Origin: Candidatus Rokuibacteriota bacterium
Lineage (GTDB): Bacteria > Methylomirabilota > Methylomirabilia > Rokubacteriales > CSP1-6
Direction of reading: 5' to 3'
DNA: 64,000 bases
NCBI GenBank assembly: GCA_003220265.1
Contig: QHRW01000112.1
Coordinates: 8,814 to 72,813, forward strand
Within the stretch, counting starts at the first letter, position 1; each line of letters opens with the position of its first letter. The notes under the pieces are model-generated. The model saw only the letters and a program-made list of their open reading frames with translations, had not been told where the DNA came from and did no database searches. Both the position numbers and the translations under genes were made by a program. This document shows positions 63,462-64,000 of the stretch, in pieces.

Positions 63462-64000
63462 GGCTCTCGCCCGCGGTCGTGCTGCCGGCGCTCGCCGTCG
63501 TGCTGGCCGCCCTCGTCCTCTATCCGTTCGTCGGCACCGGCTACGGCGTGCGCGCGATGCTGCAGATCTTCATGTGGATCGCCCTGGCCGGCTCGTGGAA
63601 CCTGATCTCGGGGCTGACGGGCTACGTGTCGTTCGGCCACGTGGCCTTCTTCGGGGCGGGCGCCTACACGGGCGCGATCCTGGTGGCCAGCGCCGGTTGG
63701 TCGTGGCCGGTCGCCGCGCTGGCCGGCGGGATCGCGGCGGCGCTGCTGGCGCTGTTCATCGGCTATCCGTGCCTGCGGCTCAAGGGGCCGTACTTCGCGA
63801 TCGCCATGCTGGGGCTCAACGAAGTGCTGCGCGCGCTCGTGTCGTACTTCGAGGGGCTGACCGGCGGCGGCAACGGCCTGTCGCTGCCGACGCTCGACGC
63901 CACGCGCGCGATCTATTACGTCATGGGTGTGCTGGCCGTGGCGGTGACGGCGATGACGTACGCGATCATCACGTCGCGCTTCGGGCTGCGCCTGATGACG
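63458..64000 (+). CDS. Branched-chain amino-acid ABC permease (LivM-like), truncated by the window end
   Basis: SWNL-x2-G-x-TGYVSFGH-x-AFFG-x-GAY, LRLKGPYFAIA, TGG-x-NG. Confidence 0.92.
   Translation, partial: MRLSPAVVLPALAVVLAALVLYPFVGTGYGVRAMLQIFMWIALAGSWNLISGLTGYVSFGHVAFFGAGAYTGAILVASAGWSWPVAALAGGIAAALLALFIGYPCLRLKGPYFAIAMLGLNEVLRALVSYFEGLTGGGNGLSLPTLDATRAIYYVMGVLAVAVTAMTYAIITSRFGLRLMT

Noticed and set aside
1-64000. tRNA/rRNA genes, prophage, IS elements, integrons
   Set aside because: No cloverleaf or rRNA-like segment and no integrase, transposase or phage structural motifs were seen by eye; tRNAscan and Infernal were not run

Overview
Very GC-rich (by eye about 70%+) bacterial chromosomal window with about 65 tightly packed genes. 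No rRNA, tRNA, integrase, transposase or CRISPR array is recognisable. Gene content and style suggest a soil bacterium such as Ca. Rokubacteria (inference only). Main blocks in order: a small divergent module (RHH-like regulator, fatty-acid desaturase, two YegP/DUF1508-like paralogues); a LigD-like gene with an apparently dead ligase domain; ADH, OPT transporter, RidA, PAS hybrid kinase, DEAD-box helicase and a DksA-like gene; a catabolic cluster (PanE-like, DHDPS-family, ThDP enzyme, HpcH aldolase, Nudix, SDRs) containing a hidden selenoprotein (in-frame UGA in WASW-U-GC plus a SECIS-like hairpin); an SPFH/DUF4178x2/DUF350/membrane spermidine synthase/Tat flavin oxidoreductase operon; pilT/pilT2; tandem mlaC; MoxR-DUF58-transglutaminase; a GIY-YIG/AlkZ-like head-to-head pair; an RND pump; an SRPBCC-metallophosphoesterase-nucleotidyltransferase operon facing a second LigD polymerase; and a branched-chain amino-acid ABC transporter whose binding-protein gene is frameshifted. 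Non-coding highlights: an ~80-bp double-hairpin REP-like family placed just after stop codons (one copy in frame inside a gene), 41-, 46- and 17-bp tandem repeats, probable CTG starts at CTGA overlaps, and many leaderless-type promoters. All family assignments come from motif recognition by eye; no searches were run.
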